Source: an uncultured virus (IMG/VR IMGVR_UViG_3300033068_001821) (taxonomy: Duplodnaviria > Heunggongvirae > Uroviricota > Caudoviricetes). Taken from it: 20,000 bases of DNA. The stretch is taken from the IMG/VR virus record IMGVR_UViG_3300033068_001821; one strand, written 5' to 3'. Numbering within the stretch: the stretch's first letter is position 1; each line of letters opens with the position of its first letter. A model generated the notes under the pieces. It was not told where the DNA came from, searched no databases, and saw only the letters and a list, made by a program, of their open reading frames with translations. Below, piece after piece: positions 1-9,385 of the stretch. Made by a program: the position numbers and the translations under genes.

Positions 1-20
1 AAATACATAAGTCTTTTTGA

Positions 21-209
21 TTACTTAACTACTTCAGTAGTTTTAGTTGTATCTGCAACTTTAGTAGTGTCAACGGCAGAAGTGTCAACTTTAGTTGTGT
101 CAACCGCAGTTGAGTCAACAGTTGTTGTAGTTTCTACAGTTTCAGTTTTTTTGCAAGATGTTAAAGAAATTGCAGCTACGGCCATTACAGCGAATAATAC
201 TTTTTTCAT
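21..209 (-). CDS. Small Bacteroidota-type lipoprotein with Thr/Asp-rich repeats
   Basis: MKK + hydrophobic stretch + lipobox LTSC, followed by KKTETVE and repeated VD(S/T)(T/S) units; an ATATATA box lies upstream (240..246). Confidence 0.8.
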   Translation of the reverse strand: MKKVLFAVMAVAAISLTSCKKTETVETTTTVDSTAVDTTKVDTSAVDTTKVADTTKTTEVVK

Positions 210-302
210 AATTTTTAGTTTTTTTAATTTTTACATGATTATATATCAAAAATAATACACTTTGTTTTTAAAAAAGTGAAATAATTTTTTAATATATAGT
301 TA

Positions 303-704
303 ATGATTAAAAGTTATAATCAATTTTTGAATGAAAGTGTTATACAAGACAATTTAACCAATAAATTGTTATCAATTTCAGGTAAGGAGGTTAAATTAGG
401 TAGAGACACAGAACAAGAAATAAAAAGAATGTTAAATGACGGTAGATTATTTAGTGAAGAAATAATTTATTTACCTGGACAACCAAACAGATGTCATGCA
501 AACGTTGCAGATAGAAGTAAAAGAACTAAAGGGTTTAACATAGTATCTGGATATGCACTTTTTGATGATATTTGGGTTTGTCACTCTTGGGGTTATAATA
601 AACATAAGAAATGTATATTTGAAACAACAAAGAACAAATATACTAAATATTATGGTTATGAATTAAATAAAGTAGAAACAGAAACTTTCTGTGATGAAAA
701 TTAA
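303..704 (+). CDS. Putative transglutaminase/papain-like Cys-His fold protein
   Basis: Ordered motifs RCHAN...GYAL...CHSW...FETT...YYGY fit a Cys-His-acid triad; N-terminus MIKSYNQFLNES. Confidence 0.5.
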   Translation: MIKSYNQFLNESVIQDNLTNKLLSISGKEVKLGRDTEQEIKRMLNDGRLFSEEIIYLPGQPNRCHANVADRSKRTKGFNIVSGYALFDDIWVCHSWGYNKHKKCIFETTKNKYTKYYGYELNKVETETFCDEN

Positions 705-713
705 AAAGTAAAT

Positions 714-1442
714 ATGTCAATTAGTAGTAGAGAAGATGCAAATAAGTATTATCAAGTAGTCAATAAACTTGTTGATGAATATATTGATAAATGGAAGATT
801 AAACCGACAAACCTTAAAAGGTATTTAAAAGTTGGATCTGACAAATTTGAAAAATTCATTGAGAGAAATGGATTAAAAGATGTCAATGGGATCAAACAAG
901 TTATAAGTGATATTATTGAAGATAGAGTTCATATGGAAACTGATGGAGTTCTAACATTTGAAAGTTTTAAAGTATTTGAATCAGATGAATTTAAAATTAC
1001 TTCACTTATTCAATGTCTTTATAAGGGCATAGGAAAAACTGACATCAAAACAGAGAAATTTTTAGCAGATCATTTTGATGCAAATTTAAGCCAAATAGAT
1101 ATTATTGATTCTGATAAACATATGTTTAAAATAAATAATTGGGGAAATGAAGATATTTTAGCAATTGTTTATAATAAAGATGAATTTGATATAATAAAAG
1201 AAAACATTAAAGAATATTTATTAGATGAGTTACTAAAAAAAGATATTGATTTAATCGTAGGTGTTTCGGTCAAATTAGAGGGTCTAATCAATAAAGAAAA
1301 GTTTGAAACAGAAATAGAATCTAAACTAAGTGATAAAGTAATAACAGACTTAATAAATGATTCACTTGAAAGTAACTATTCTAAGTTTAACTTTGAAAAG
1401 ACAGATAACTATTATTTATGGAGTTATAATAAAGGAGAGTAA
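714..1442 (+). CDS. Hypothetical phage protein (242 aa)
   Basis: Long ORF 9 nt after the previous stop and followed by a terminator; internal LTFESFKVFES motif; no family recognised. Confidence 0.75.
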   Translation: MSISSREDANKYYQVVNKLVDEYIDKWKIKPTNLKRYLKVGSDKFEKFIERNGLKDVNGIKQVISDIIEDRVHMETDGVLTFESFKVFESDEFKITSLIQCLYKGIGKTDIKTEKFLADHFDANLSQIDIIDSDKHMFKINNWGNEDILAIVYNKDEFDIIKENIKEYLLDELLKKDIDLIVGVSVKLEGLINKEKFETEIESKLSDKVITDLINDSLESNYSKFNFEKTDNYYLWSYNKGE

Positions 1443-1457
1443 ATTACTCTCTTTTTT
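1432..1457 (+). terminator. Intrinsic terminator
   Basis: Stem GAGAGTA (1435..1441), loop AAT, TACTCTC (1445..1451), then a T6 run, overlapping the stop at 1442. Confidence 0.75.
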
Positions 1458-1506
1458 CTTTTATGAGAATTTTATTTTAATATATACATAAAAACATTAT
1501 TTATAT

Positions 1507-2514
1507 ATGTCATTTATATACACTTATGGTACAAGTAGTCTTTACGAATCAAAACGTTATGATACAGTACAAGATTTATTAAACCAGTTACAAGATAATA
1601 ATGCTAATTTAATATATGCAAATCACGTTAGAGATGCAGTTTTTTCTCTTTGGGAAAGAGTTAGTGATGTTGAAATAATAGCAGCTTCTGCCTCAGCAAT
1701 ATCACCTTATTTTCAAAATTCAAATCCAACAACAGTTGGAGTTGGTGGAATAACACTAGGAACGACTTTTTCAACACAACAAACTGTTCAACAAATGCTC
1801 GATCGTATGTTGTATCCATATGTACAACCAACATTAGTATTATCAGCAACACATTCATCACCTTTATCAAATAAAGAATATGGTTCTAACCCAAACAGTA
1901 CTGCTTATTGGGGTGTTACTAAAGGTTCTGATCAAATTCAAACAATAACAGTTGATGGACAAGTATTTATTGCAAATGGTGGTAATCAAACTGGTTCTAA
2001 AACAATTGTAGGTTCATATAGTACGATAGCGGCATCGACATATAATTCATTTCAAATGACAGTTAATGATGGATTTACAAACTACACAATTAGTGCAGAG
2101 TATGAATGGATGAATAGACTATATTGGGGGACTTTAGATCTTTCTGGTCTAGATTATCCTGACTTTACATTAGATCCTAGTTTGTTAGCAACAGTAACTA
2201 TAAATAGTTCAACTATTTTAGGATTGGACAACTCAAAACTATTTAAAGGTTTCGATGATACAAGTAGTTTAGAATCATTTGATTTATTAGCAGGTGGTAA
2301 TTATCTAGTATTTGCATGGTCAAGTTTTATACCATATGCAACCACACCAAGATTTTATGTAAATGGTGTAAGAAGTACTGCATTTAGTAATATTAAGACA
2401 GGTTGGAATTTTACCAATGTATATGGTGTAACATCAACTTATGAAGTTTGGATTTCAAACACCCCACAATACTCTGAATTAGAAATTGATTTAAAATTCG
2501 TACCAAACATATAA
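1507..2514 (+). CDS. Putative virion structural protein (S/T/G-rich, beta-rich)
   Basis: S/T/G/N-rich and Lys-poor composition; segments LDRMLYPYVQPT, YWGT and TNVYGVTSTYEVW resemble phage fibre-associated/Ig-like proteins; ATATATA box upstream. Confidence 0.55.
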   Translation: MSFIYTYGTSSLYESKRYDTVQDLLNQLQDNNANLIYANHVRDAVFSLWERVSDVEIIAASASAISPYFQNSNPTTVGVGGITLGTTFSTQQTVQQMLDRMLYPYVQPTLVLSATHSSPLSNKEYGSNPNSTAYWGVTKGSDQIQTITVDGQVFIANGGNQTGSKTIVGSYSTIAASTYNSFQMTVNDGFTNYTISAEYEWMNRLYWGTLDLSGLDYPDFTLDPSLLATVTINSSTILGLDNSKLFKGFDDTSSLESFDLLAGGNYLVFAWSSFIPYATTPRFYVNGVRSTAFSNIKTGWNFTNVYGVTSTYEVWISNTPQYSELEIDLKFVPNI

Positions 2515-2532
2515 TAAAAAATAAATTAAAAA

Positions 2533-4110
2533 ATGTCACAAAATATAGGAACTTTAGTATCAGCCGCAATTCGTCCAAACGATTCATTTGATCCGATTGC
2601 AACCGCATATGGAAATGAAATAAAAGGTGGTGTACATTCTTATGAAACACTTGGAGAAGTGTATTCAATTATAACTGCACGAAGAGAGTGGGGTATGTTA
2701 GCAACTGTTTATAATGACGGTACTGATAATGGAACATATAAACTTAAATATGATTATGTTAATACTGACATAACTGACAATTCAAATTGGGTTAAAACCT
2801 CGATTGATACAAAACCAACTACTGAGTGGGTTGACTCTGTTATATCAATACTACTAACTGAACCACTTTTAGAACCTAATCTAGGTGATAGATATTTACT
2901 TGGTACAACTTCAAGTGTATCACCATTTGGGATTCAATGGGATAATATTGATGCAACAACTATTGTAGAGTATAATATTGTAGGAACATGGGATATTACT
3001 TATCCAACTAATGGAATGACTGTTAGAGATGATTCTAATAATAATGTAATGTATAAGTATCATGGAACATTCCCTAATGGTGAATGGAAACTAGAAAGAA
3101 TAACTAATGTTTTTTATATCGAACCTAGTAGTGCAAACGGAATAACATATTCAACTACAACTGATCCAGTATTTACATCTTATACAAATGATTTAATATT
3201 TCTAACTAAGTTCTTTACACCAAATGTTGGTAGTGCCTCATTAAATATAAATGGATTGGGTTATAAACAAATTAAAATTGCAACAACTGCAGGTTTAAGA
3301 GATCTAATATTAGGTGATATTGATACAACTGCAATTTATAGTTTGTCTTATAATGGAACATACTTCCAACTAACTAAACCATTTCCATCCGATGCACACA
3401 ATATAGAGTTCTACATCTCAGCAACAGAAACAATGACTGTTGGTGATTCTGAGCAATATTGGGTTTATGGGGATTTAACAATTGCAGGAACTATGATAAA
3501 TTATGGTAAAGTAATTGTTGCAAATGGTGCGGTTATATTAGAAGGTTCTGGAGCATTAAATAATCAAGGCGATGGTGAACTTATTTTAGTTGACTTATTT
3601 AACACACCTACTTTTAACACAACATCAACTATTCAAATGTCATCAGAAATGACAGTAAACGGTCCATCAGTATCTGCAGTAATTGTGAATAATAGTATAA
3701 CAACTAATTTATTAGACTCAATTAATGTTGCAACTGCGGGTTATGTTCTATCAAATGATGGTAGTGGATCTTTTGAATGGACTAATAGTCCAACTGGATA
3801 TAGAAGTTATGTTGCACTAATGGATCAATCAGGTACATCTGAACCAATTGTAACAAATACTATAATCAATCAAATTGGCTCTATGACATTCTCATATTTC
3901 TCAACTGGTGTTTATAAAATTTATTCAACTGGTTTATTTACATCAAATAAAACAACGGTTACATTATCTAGTGGTAGTACTTATGCAGGACAAATTGCAG
4001 GTGCGTATGTAAATAGTGATAGTGAGATTACTTTAAATACATCACTTGGTGCTTCTTATAGTGATGATGCAATGACTAATAACCTTTTAGAAATAAGAGT
4101 TTATAATTAA
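2533..4110 (+). CDS. Putative tail fibre/adhesin-like virion protein, mosaic
   Basis: T/S/G-rich 525 aa. N-terminal GGVHSY...RREWGMLATV module, DUF2793-like GDRYLL...W...IVEY...W...P..GM segment, fibre-type N.G.ASLNINGLG.K.I motif, C-terminal EIRVY. Confidence 0.6.
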   Translation: MSQNIGTLVSAAIRPNDSFDPIATAYGNEIKGGVHSYETLGEVYSIITARREWGMLATVYNDGTDNGTYKLKYDYVNTDITDNSNWVKTSIDTKPTTEWVDSVISILLTEPLLEPNLGDRYLLGTTSSVSPFGIQWDNIDATTIVEYNIVGTWDITYPTNGMTVRDDSNNNVMYKYHGTFPNGEWKLERITNVFYIEPSSANGITYSTTTDPVFTSYTNDLIFLTKFFTPNVGSASLNINGLGYKQIKIATTAGLRDLILGDIDTTAIYSLSYNGTYFQLTKPFPSDAHNIEFYISATETMTVGDSEQYWVYGDLTIAGTMINYGKVIVANGAVILEGSGALNNQGDGELILVDLFNTPTFNTTSTIQMSSEMTVNGPSVSAVIVNNSITTNLLDSINVATAGYVLSNDGSGSFEWTNSPTGYRSYVALMDQSGTSEPIVTNTIINQIGSMTFSYFSTGVYKIYSTGLFTSNKTTVTLSSGSTYAGQIAGAYVNSDSEITLNTSLGASYSDDAMTNNLLEIRVYN

Positions 4111-4120
4111 TATATAGTAT

Positions 4121-4870
4121 ATGAAGAAGATAAATAAATATTTTGAATTTGTACAAGCTGATTTTGAACCAGTAAAATCATTTCACTTAAAAGATGAATT
4201 GAACCCTAAAATATGGACTGATTTTGAAATTGATGAGGAAGTAAGAGAAGATCTATTAAGAATCGCACAAGATTTCTACAATTCTACTACATTAGAAGCA
4301 GATGTTAAAGATGTTGTTTTAACAGGTTCACTATCAAACTATAACTGGTCTGAAAAGTACTCTGATTATGACTTACATATTCTAATAGACTTTACCGAGG
4401 TAAATGAAGATATAGAATTAGTTAAAAAGTATGTAGATGCGGCAAAAAACAACTTTAATAAAGAACATGATATTCATATCAAAGGTTATGAGGTAGAAGT
4501 TTATATACAAGATATTTCTGAAGATCATAAGGCAAGTGGAATGTTCTCACTATTGAACAATAAATGGTTGGTTAAACCGGAAAAAGTTGACTTTGAACCA
4601 GATGATGAACAAATCAGAGAAAAAGGTAAATCAGTAATGATGCTAATTGATGATTTAGAAAGTGAAGTAGATGAGGATAAATACGAACAATTTAGTGAAA
4701 AGATTAAAAAGGTTTGGGAGAAAATAAAAAACTATAGAAAAAGTGGATTAGATAGTGAAGGTGGTGAATTTTCACTAGGCAATTTAGTATTTAAACTACT
4801 AAGAAGAAATGGGTATATTGAAAAAGTTATGAAACTTAAAAGATATGCTTATGATAAACAATTTGAATAA
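4121..4870 (+). CDS. Pol-beta superfamily nucleotidyltransferase
   Basis: hGS...DxD signature (VLTGSLSNYNWS..YSDYDLHI) plus a third acidic strand (YEVEVY); helical C-terminus with NLVFKLLRRNG. Confidence 0.75.
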   Translation: MKKINKYFEFVQADFEPVKSFHLKDELNPKIWTDFEIDEEVREDLLRIAQDFYNSTTLEADVKDVVLTGSLSNYNWSEKYSDYDLHILIDFTEVNEDIELVKKYVDAAKNNFNKEHDIHIKGYEVEVYIQDISEDHKASGMFSLLNNKWLVKPEKVDFEPDDEQIREKGKSVMMLIDDLESEVDEDKYEQFSEKIKKVWEKIKNYRKSGLDSEGGEFSLGNLVFKLLRRNGYIEKVMKLKRYAYDKQFE

Positions 4871-4872
4871 TT

Positions 4873-5577
4873 ATGAACATTAGAATAGAAGAAATAGAAG
4901 AAGCATTTAAAGAAATCTTCAACGAAGAAGATGGAGTTGTTACATCAATTGATACAGTTTATGAAATGTCCGATAATGAGGAATTTTTAAAACTTGTAAT
5001 ATGTTTACATGGTTTATCAACCGAGGATATATCTATTATACATACTAAATTTATATTTAAAACAGACTTACATAAAAGAAACATTATCGATAATTCATTC
5101 TTGTATTTATATGATATAAACTGTGTTTATCATAAAATGGAATTTACTAATGTTGTTGATATGAAAAAGAAGATTGATGATATTATAGAGTCTAATAACT
5201 TTGGAGAAGATATACAAATTCTTTCCGACTTTATTGAAGCACCTGCAATGTTCTTAAACTATTATATGAAAAGAGCTAAAATTACAGAATACTCAGTTTT
5301 TGAAGTTGAATATGAACCTAAATTTAAAATGGTTTCTTGTGATAAAACTACATTTGACTTTAAAATGAATATCAATAATAGTTATGATATTGAATTATCA
5401 ATACACAAAATTGATAAAGATTTAACAGAAGATCCAGATGATGTAGATAAATATAAATTCCAGTTTAGATTCATGGATGAAATTGAGACTGTTGAAATTG
5501 ATAGTATCAAAAATATACACTATATAATTGGATCAAATATTGCCAAATTATTAGATAGAAAATTAAAAAATCAATAA
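4873..5577 (+). CDS. Hypothetical phage protein (234 aa, acidic)
   Basis: ORF starts 2 nt after the nucleotidyltransferase stop and ends at a bidirectional terminator; no family recognised. Confidence 0.75.
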   Translation: MNIRIEEIEEAFKEIFNEEDGVVTSIDTVYEMSDNEEFLKLVICLHGLSTEDISIIHTKFIFKTDLHKRNIIDNSFLYLYDINCVYHKMEFTNVVDMKKKIDDIIESNNFGEDIQILSDFIEAPAMFLNYYMKRAKITEYSVFEVEYEPKFKMVSCDKTTFDFKMNINNSYDIELSIHKIDKDLTEDPDDVDKYKFQFRFMDEIETVEIDSIKNIHYIIGSNIAKLLDRKLKNQ

Positions 5578-5603
5578 AAAAAGAGAGTTTTAACTCTCTT
5601 TTT
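5578..5603. terminator. Bidirectional intrinsic terminator
   Basis: AAAAAGAGAGTT-TT-AACTCTCTTTTT inverted repeat between convergent genes. Confidence 0.8.
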
Positions 5604-6330
5604 CATTTAATATTTTATCGATTTGTTGTTCTCTGTGTTCTGCTTTAAGTTCTAGTAAGGCTTCTTGATTTTCTAAATCTATTACATTTATTGTTTTACT
5701 AGGTGAAACTAAAAAATCATAATCAAATTTTACTACTAATCTAGGAGTAAATGTTGCTTCCGAAACTATTGCAGCAGTGAAGTTTTCAATATTCAGTGAA
5801 ACATCATCAAATAAATAAATTTTATAATCATTATATCTCATATAAGGATCTACATAAATATCTTTGTCTGCCAATTTACCAGTTAAATAAACAAATGACC
5901 CATTTGTAGATTTATTCTGTAAACTACTAAAATGAAATCCTGGTGCATCTGATATGAGTGATGTCAATCTAGAATTAGTAACACAATATTTATAATTTTC
6001 ATTTAAAATATAATTCGATAATCTATCAATAGAAACAGAAAATAAACTACCATCTATTATCTCCTTTCTTAAATCAACAAAAGTATTAGTAGTATTATTT
6101 GCAATCTCTCTTAATATATTTTTGTAAATATTTTGAGTTACCTCATTAAAAATAGTACTTAGTACTCTATCATCATCTATCTTAATACCCATAACTTCAT
6201 TTTGAGGTAAAGACATAGAAACAGTAGTTGTTTTAAAGTCTCTTAGATTTTTATCTATTTTAATAAAATCTCTGGCAACAATATACTTAGTAAAGTCTTT
6301 ATTTAACTCTTCAAATAGTTTATCCCACAT
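5590..6330 (-). CDS. Truncated paralogue of the major capsid protein (C-terminal part of the gp23-like fold)
   Basis: Collinear matches to the MCP in this window: IFNEVTQNIYKNI/LVNELSQTISKQI, SNYI/SNYI, YCVTN/YLITN, IYVDPYMRYND (identical), IVSEATFTPR/IISEATFAPR. Confidence 0.85.
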   Translation of the reverse strand: MWDKLFEELNKDFTKYIVARDFIKIDKNLRDFKTTTVSMSLPQNEVMGIKIDDDRVLSTIFNEVTQNIYKNILREIANNTTNTFVDLRKEIIDGSLFSVSIDRLSNYILNENYKYCVTNSRLTSLISDAPGFHFSSLQNKSTNGSFVYLTGKLADKDIYVDPYMRYNDYKIYLFDDVSLNIENFTAAIVSEATFTPRLVVKFDYDFLVSPSKTINVIDLENQEALLELKAEHREQQIDKILNEKES

Positions 6331-7276
6331 TTTTGTCTTGTTTAATATTTAACATTTCACCTGTCTTAGGATCATAATTCATAATCAATAACTCAACACC
6401 TTTCTCTTTTTCAACTCCTTCTGTTTTAATAACTGCGGAAGGTCTATGAAACTCTTTAGAAGTCCAAAGATATTCGTTTCTAGGTAATAATTCCTCTAAT
6501 AAAGGAAAGTAATAGTATGACAATGACCATCTACATTTAGATTGTTTTAATAACTCTAATAAACGTCTATGTGAAGAAACACCAAATGTGTTTTCTGTGT
6601 CACACCCATACCAAAATAATCTTCTACCATCATCATCATTTTTTATGTCATTAAAACGAGCGTAAGGTGGGTCTAAATACATATAAGTATCTTCTGCATC
6701 ATACATTTTAATTACTTCTTCAAAATCCATATTATGGAAATCAGTAATTTTCTGTAATCTTTCAGTATATTTATTTTTTTCTAATTTATTGATTAGGATT
6801 TGTAAGTTTAATTTGTTTGTTTTTTTCTTGAAACCTGTGAAACCACCACCTCTTGGATAAACTGAACTAAAACTAGACGTAATTAGAAATGCATAAATTG
6901 CACCTACTTTAAAATCACCAATTTCAAAGTTCATATCATCTAAGAAATTATTAGTAACATATGTTCTATAGATTGACTTAAAGAAATCCCATTTTTTATC
7001 TACTTCGGTTTCTGTTGTATAAAGTAATCCACCTGGTGATAATAAAGCTTTCAACTCTACTAAGAAATCTTGTGGTTGAGAACAACATTTCATCAAGTTT
7101 GCTTGGTGTCTGTTTCTGTCATTAAATATGACATTTGTAAATTCTAAATTAGAATCTAAATATATTGCAAAAGAACCAGAAAATGGTTCAACATATGTTT
7201 TACAATCTGTTGGAATGTTTGGTGTTATAAAGGATTGAAAGTTTGCTTTGCCCCCAAAATAGCTTATGACGCTCAT
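6320..7276 (-). CDS. DNA adenine methyltransferase (D12/Dam-like)
   Basis: SYFGGK, YVEPFSGS (SAM-binding), FND, YLDPPY (catalytic motif IV) and C-terminal ELLIMNY. Confidence 0.9.
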   Translation of the reverse strand: MSVISYFGGKANFQSFITPNIPTDCKTYVEPFSGSFAIYLDSNLEFTNVIFNDRNRHQANLMKCCSQPQDFLVELKALLSPGGLLYTTETEVDKKWDFFKSIYRTYVTNNFLDDMNFEIGDFKVGAIYAFLITSSFSSVYPRGGGFTGFKKKTNKLNLQILINKLEKNKYTERLQKITDFHNMDFEEVIKMYDAEDTYMYLDPPYARFNDIKNDDDGRRLFWYGCDTENTFGVSSHRRLLELLKQSKCRWSLSYYYFPLLEELLPRNEYLWTSKEFHRPSAVIKTEGVEKEKGVELLIMNYDPKTGEMLNIKQDKNVG

Positions 7277-7285
7277 TTTTATTAA

Positions 7286-8116
7286 TTATTTTTTTCTGTA
7301 TTTTGTTTTACTTTTACTTATAGTTACTGCAATATCAAAAGTTTCTTTTTTCCTCTCCAAATAGACAGTTGCATCTTTATAAAAAAATTCATAGAAACGT
7401 TCTATATCGCTGAATGATCCCCAATCTATTACATAATAGGTCCCTTTAGGACACCTAATTTTATTTCTTGTTATTCCACAATAATCTACTAACTTATCAA
7501 CATATATCTCTATAAAATCTTTACTACCAGAACATATATTTACTTGACCTCTATCACTAGTATCTCTAGAACCCTCTCGTTTTTTATGTATTGATATACA
7601 ACCATCACCATCAAATAATCCTCTCATAAAATGGTGTTCTAAATGTTTAGGTATTTCAGGATATTTAACCACCATAGTTTTATTACCTATTATACCTAAG
7701 TTAAATAAATCATCCTTCATTTTTTTAGAAGAAAGTCCTATGTTTGATATTTTACCATCTTTTCTAGTAAAAATATTTCCTTCAAAGGAAACACACTCTT
7801 TAAATTTATATAATATATCTGTTTCCTTTTGTATAATTTTAATATTATTAGTTTTACTATTTATATTACCGTCCGCAACTATAAAACCTAGGAAATATGC
7901 CTTATCTTCGGTATCTATATTTTCAAAGTAATTCTCATTAAAATTAAACTTTCTAGTTCTTTCATTTAACTCACCACCATTTTCAATAATTACTTTTTGG
8001 TAGTGTCTATCCGAAATACCATATTCACTTATTATGTCTTTTCTTTTTATACCGTTTTGTCTTTTAGACAAAATTTCTAATTCTTGTTCCTTTGTCAATT
8101 CTTTTAATTTTCTCAT
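7286..8116 (-). CDS. Free-standing double-motif LAGLIDADG homing endonuclease
   Basis: AYFLGFIVADG and HFMRGLFDGDG motifs, FNENYF..IDTEDKAY leader, YLERK C-terminus and an HTH-like N-terminus. Confidence 0.88.
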   Translation of the reverse strand: MRKLKELTKEQELEILSKRQNGIKRKDIISEYGISDRHYQKVIIENGGELNERTRKFNFNENYFENIDTEDKAYFLGFIVADGNINSKTNNIKIIQKETDILYKFKECVSFEGNIFTRKDGKISNIGLSSKKMKDDLFNLGIIGNKTMVVKYPEIPKHLEHHFMRGLFDGDGCISIHKKREGSRDTSDRGQVNICSGSKDFIEIYVDKLVDYCGITRNKIRCPKGTYYVIDWGSFSDIERFYEFFYKDATVYLERKKETFDIAVTISKSKTKYRKK

Positions 8117-8176
8117 ATAGTATATATAAAAAAGTCAAAGTTCCCACCAAAGTATTTTGATTATTTTCATATTTAT

Positions 8177-8207
8177 TTTGTTATATAATTTTATTTTATT
8201 ACTTTTG
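8177..8207 (+). promoter_or_regulatory. Bacteroidota primary-sigma promoter (-33 TTTG, -7 TAnnTTTG)
   Basis: TTTG 8177..8180, 19-nt spacer, TACTTTTG 8200..8207, 23 nt before the ATG at 8231. Confidence 0.75.
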
Positions 8208-8230
8208 TAGAGTTAAAAAAACAATAATAT

Positions 8231-9352
8231 ATGACGCTTACGTATAAAGGAATCGAATATAGACCAGGAAGTAGAATAATCGCTAAAATAAATGGAGATC
8301 AACTTGAAGGTAGACTTCAGTTTGAAATACAAGAAGGTACTGAGTATTTTTTCATTTGTCACAACAATCCAGATAGATCAGGTAGATATGCAACATACCG
8401 TTTTGGATATAACTATTCTTGGGCATTTAGACCCAACAATAGTGGTCTTACTGATGGTGTACAAATTATTGGAATTAATACGGCAGAAGACTTAAAACCA
8501 GAGTTTGAGATTTCTGAAAAGTTAGTAATGTTTTTAACTAATCAAAAAATTCAAGCGTTTAATTTAGAATATATCACTGTATTCCCAGAATATGATAAGT
8601 TTGACGTATCTGAAAATAAAGGTATGGTTAAATTGACAAATTCCACAAAAAATAGAGTTGTAGAGTTTAAATTAGGTAGATTCCTAAACACATTTTCAAA
8701 ACAAGTAGCGGAGAAATTTGAATCAAACGATTTTTTATTAGATAATAAAACAATCGAGAAAATTCATAATGATTATTTAGTATACCAAACTGGCGATTAT
8801 ATCAAAGTTGAATACTTAACTGGTAAAGATATTCTAGAAGGTTATAAAAGAGAAAATTATCAAGTATCAAAATCATCTTTGGGTGGTTCTTGTATGACTG
8901 ATCGTTTAGATTACTTAGATATTTATGTAAAAAACCCAGATAAAGTCGAAATGATTTCAATAAAGATGTTTGATAAATTTGTTGGTAGAGCTTTATTGTG
9001 GACAACTGACTGCGGTAAAAAAGTTATAGATAAACAATATATCTGTGACGAATGGGTTTCATCTAAATTTGATGAAATTAGAAAAGAAAATGAGTACGAG
9101 ATCTGGTCAGACTACGGTGATAAGGATAATGTTTTATCAATTAGTGTAAACACTGACGGTATTCAAAGATGGCCTTACTTAGATACATTCCAGTTTTTTG
9201 CATATAATAAAACTACAAAAAAAGTTGGTTTGTTTAAAACAGAAGATATAATAGATGAAACAAAAGGAACATTATCTACTTATCCACCAATAGGTTATTC
9301 TATGAGACTTAGAAGTACCGCAGGAAGATATGAAGATTGTACTTGGAGATAA
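8231..9352 (+). CDS. Conserved phage protein with GSCM...GRALLW...PYLDT motifs, function unknown
   Basis: Motifs KLGRFL, LGGSCM, IYVKNP, GRALLW, DKQY and WPYLDTF, a pattern I recall from uncharacterised phage proteins; has its own promoter and terminator. Confidence 0.7.
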   Translation: MTLTYKGIEYRPGSRIIAKINGDQLEGRLQFEIQEGTEYFFICHNNPDRSGRYATYRFGYNYSWAFRPNNSGLTDGVQIIGINTAEDLKPEFEISEKLVMFLTNQKIQAFNLEYITVFPEYDKFDVSENKGMVKLTNSTKNRVVEFKLGRFLNTFSKQVAEKFESNDFLLDNKTIEKIHNDYLVYQTGDYIKVEYLTGKDILEGYKRENYQVSKSSLGGSCMTDRLDYLDIYVKNPDKVEMISIKMFDKFVGRALLWTTDCGKKVIDKQYICDEWVSSKFDEIRKENEYEIWSDYGDKDNVLSISVNTDGIQRWPYLDTFQFFAYNKTTKKVGLFKTEDIIDETKGTLSTYPPIGYSMRLRSTAGRYEDCTWR

Positions 9353-9354
9353 TA

Positions 9355-9382
9355 AAAAAGCTTAGAGAAATCTAAGCTTTTT
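9355..9382. terminator. Bidirectional intrinsic terminator
   Basis: AAAAAGCTTAGA-GAAA-TCTAAGCTTTTT perfect hairpin between convergent genes. Confidence 0.85.
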
Positions 9383-9385
9383 CTT

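Noticed and set aside
5593..5640. C-terminal REQQIDKIL tail on the capsid paralogue as a shared targeting motif
   Set aside because: Only one clear instance in this window, so it cannot be supported without the rest of the genome.
6320..8116. Methyltransferase + endonuclease as a type II restriction-modification pair
   Set aside because: The nuclease is a LAGLIDADG homing type with long targets, not a restriction enzyme.
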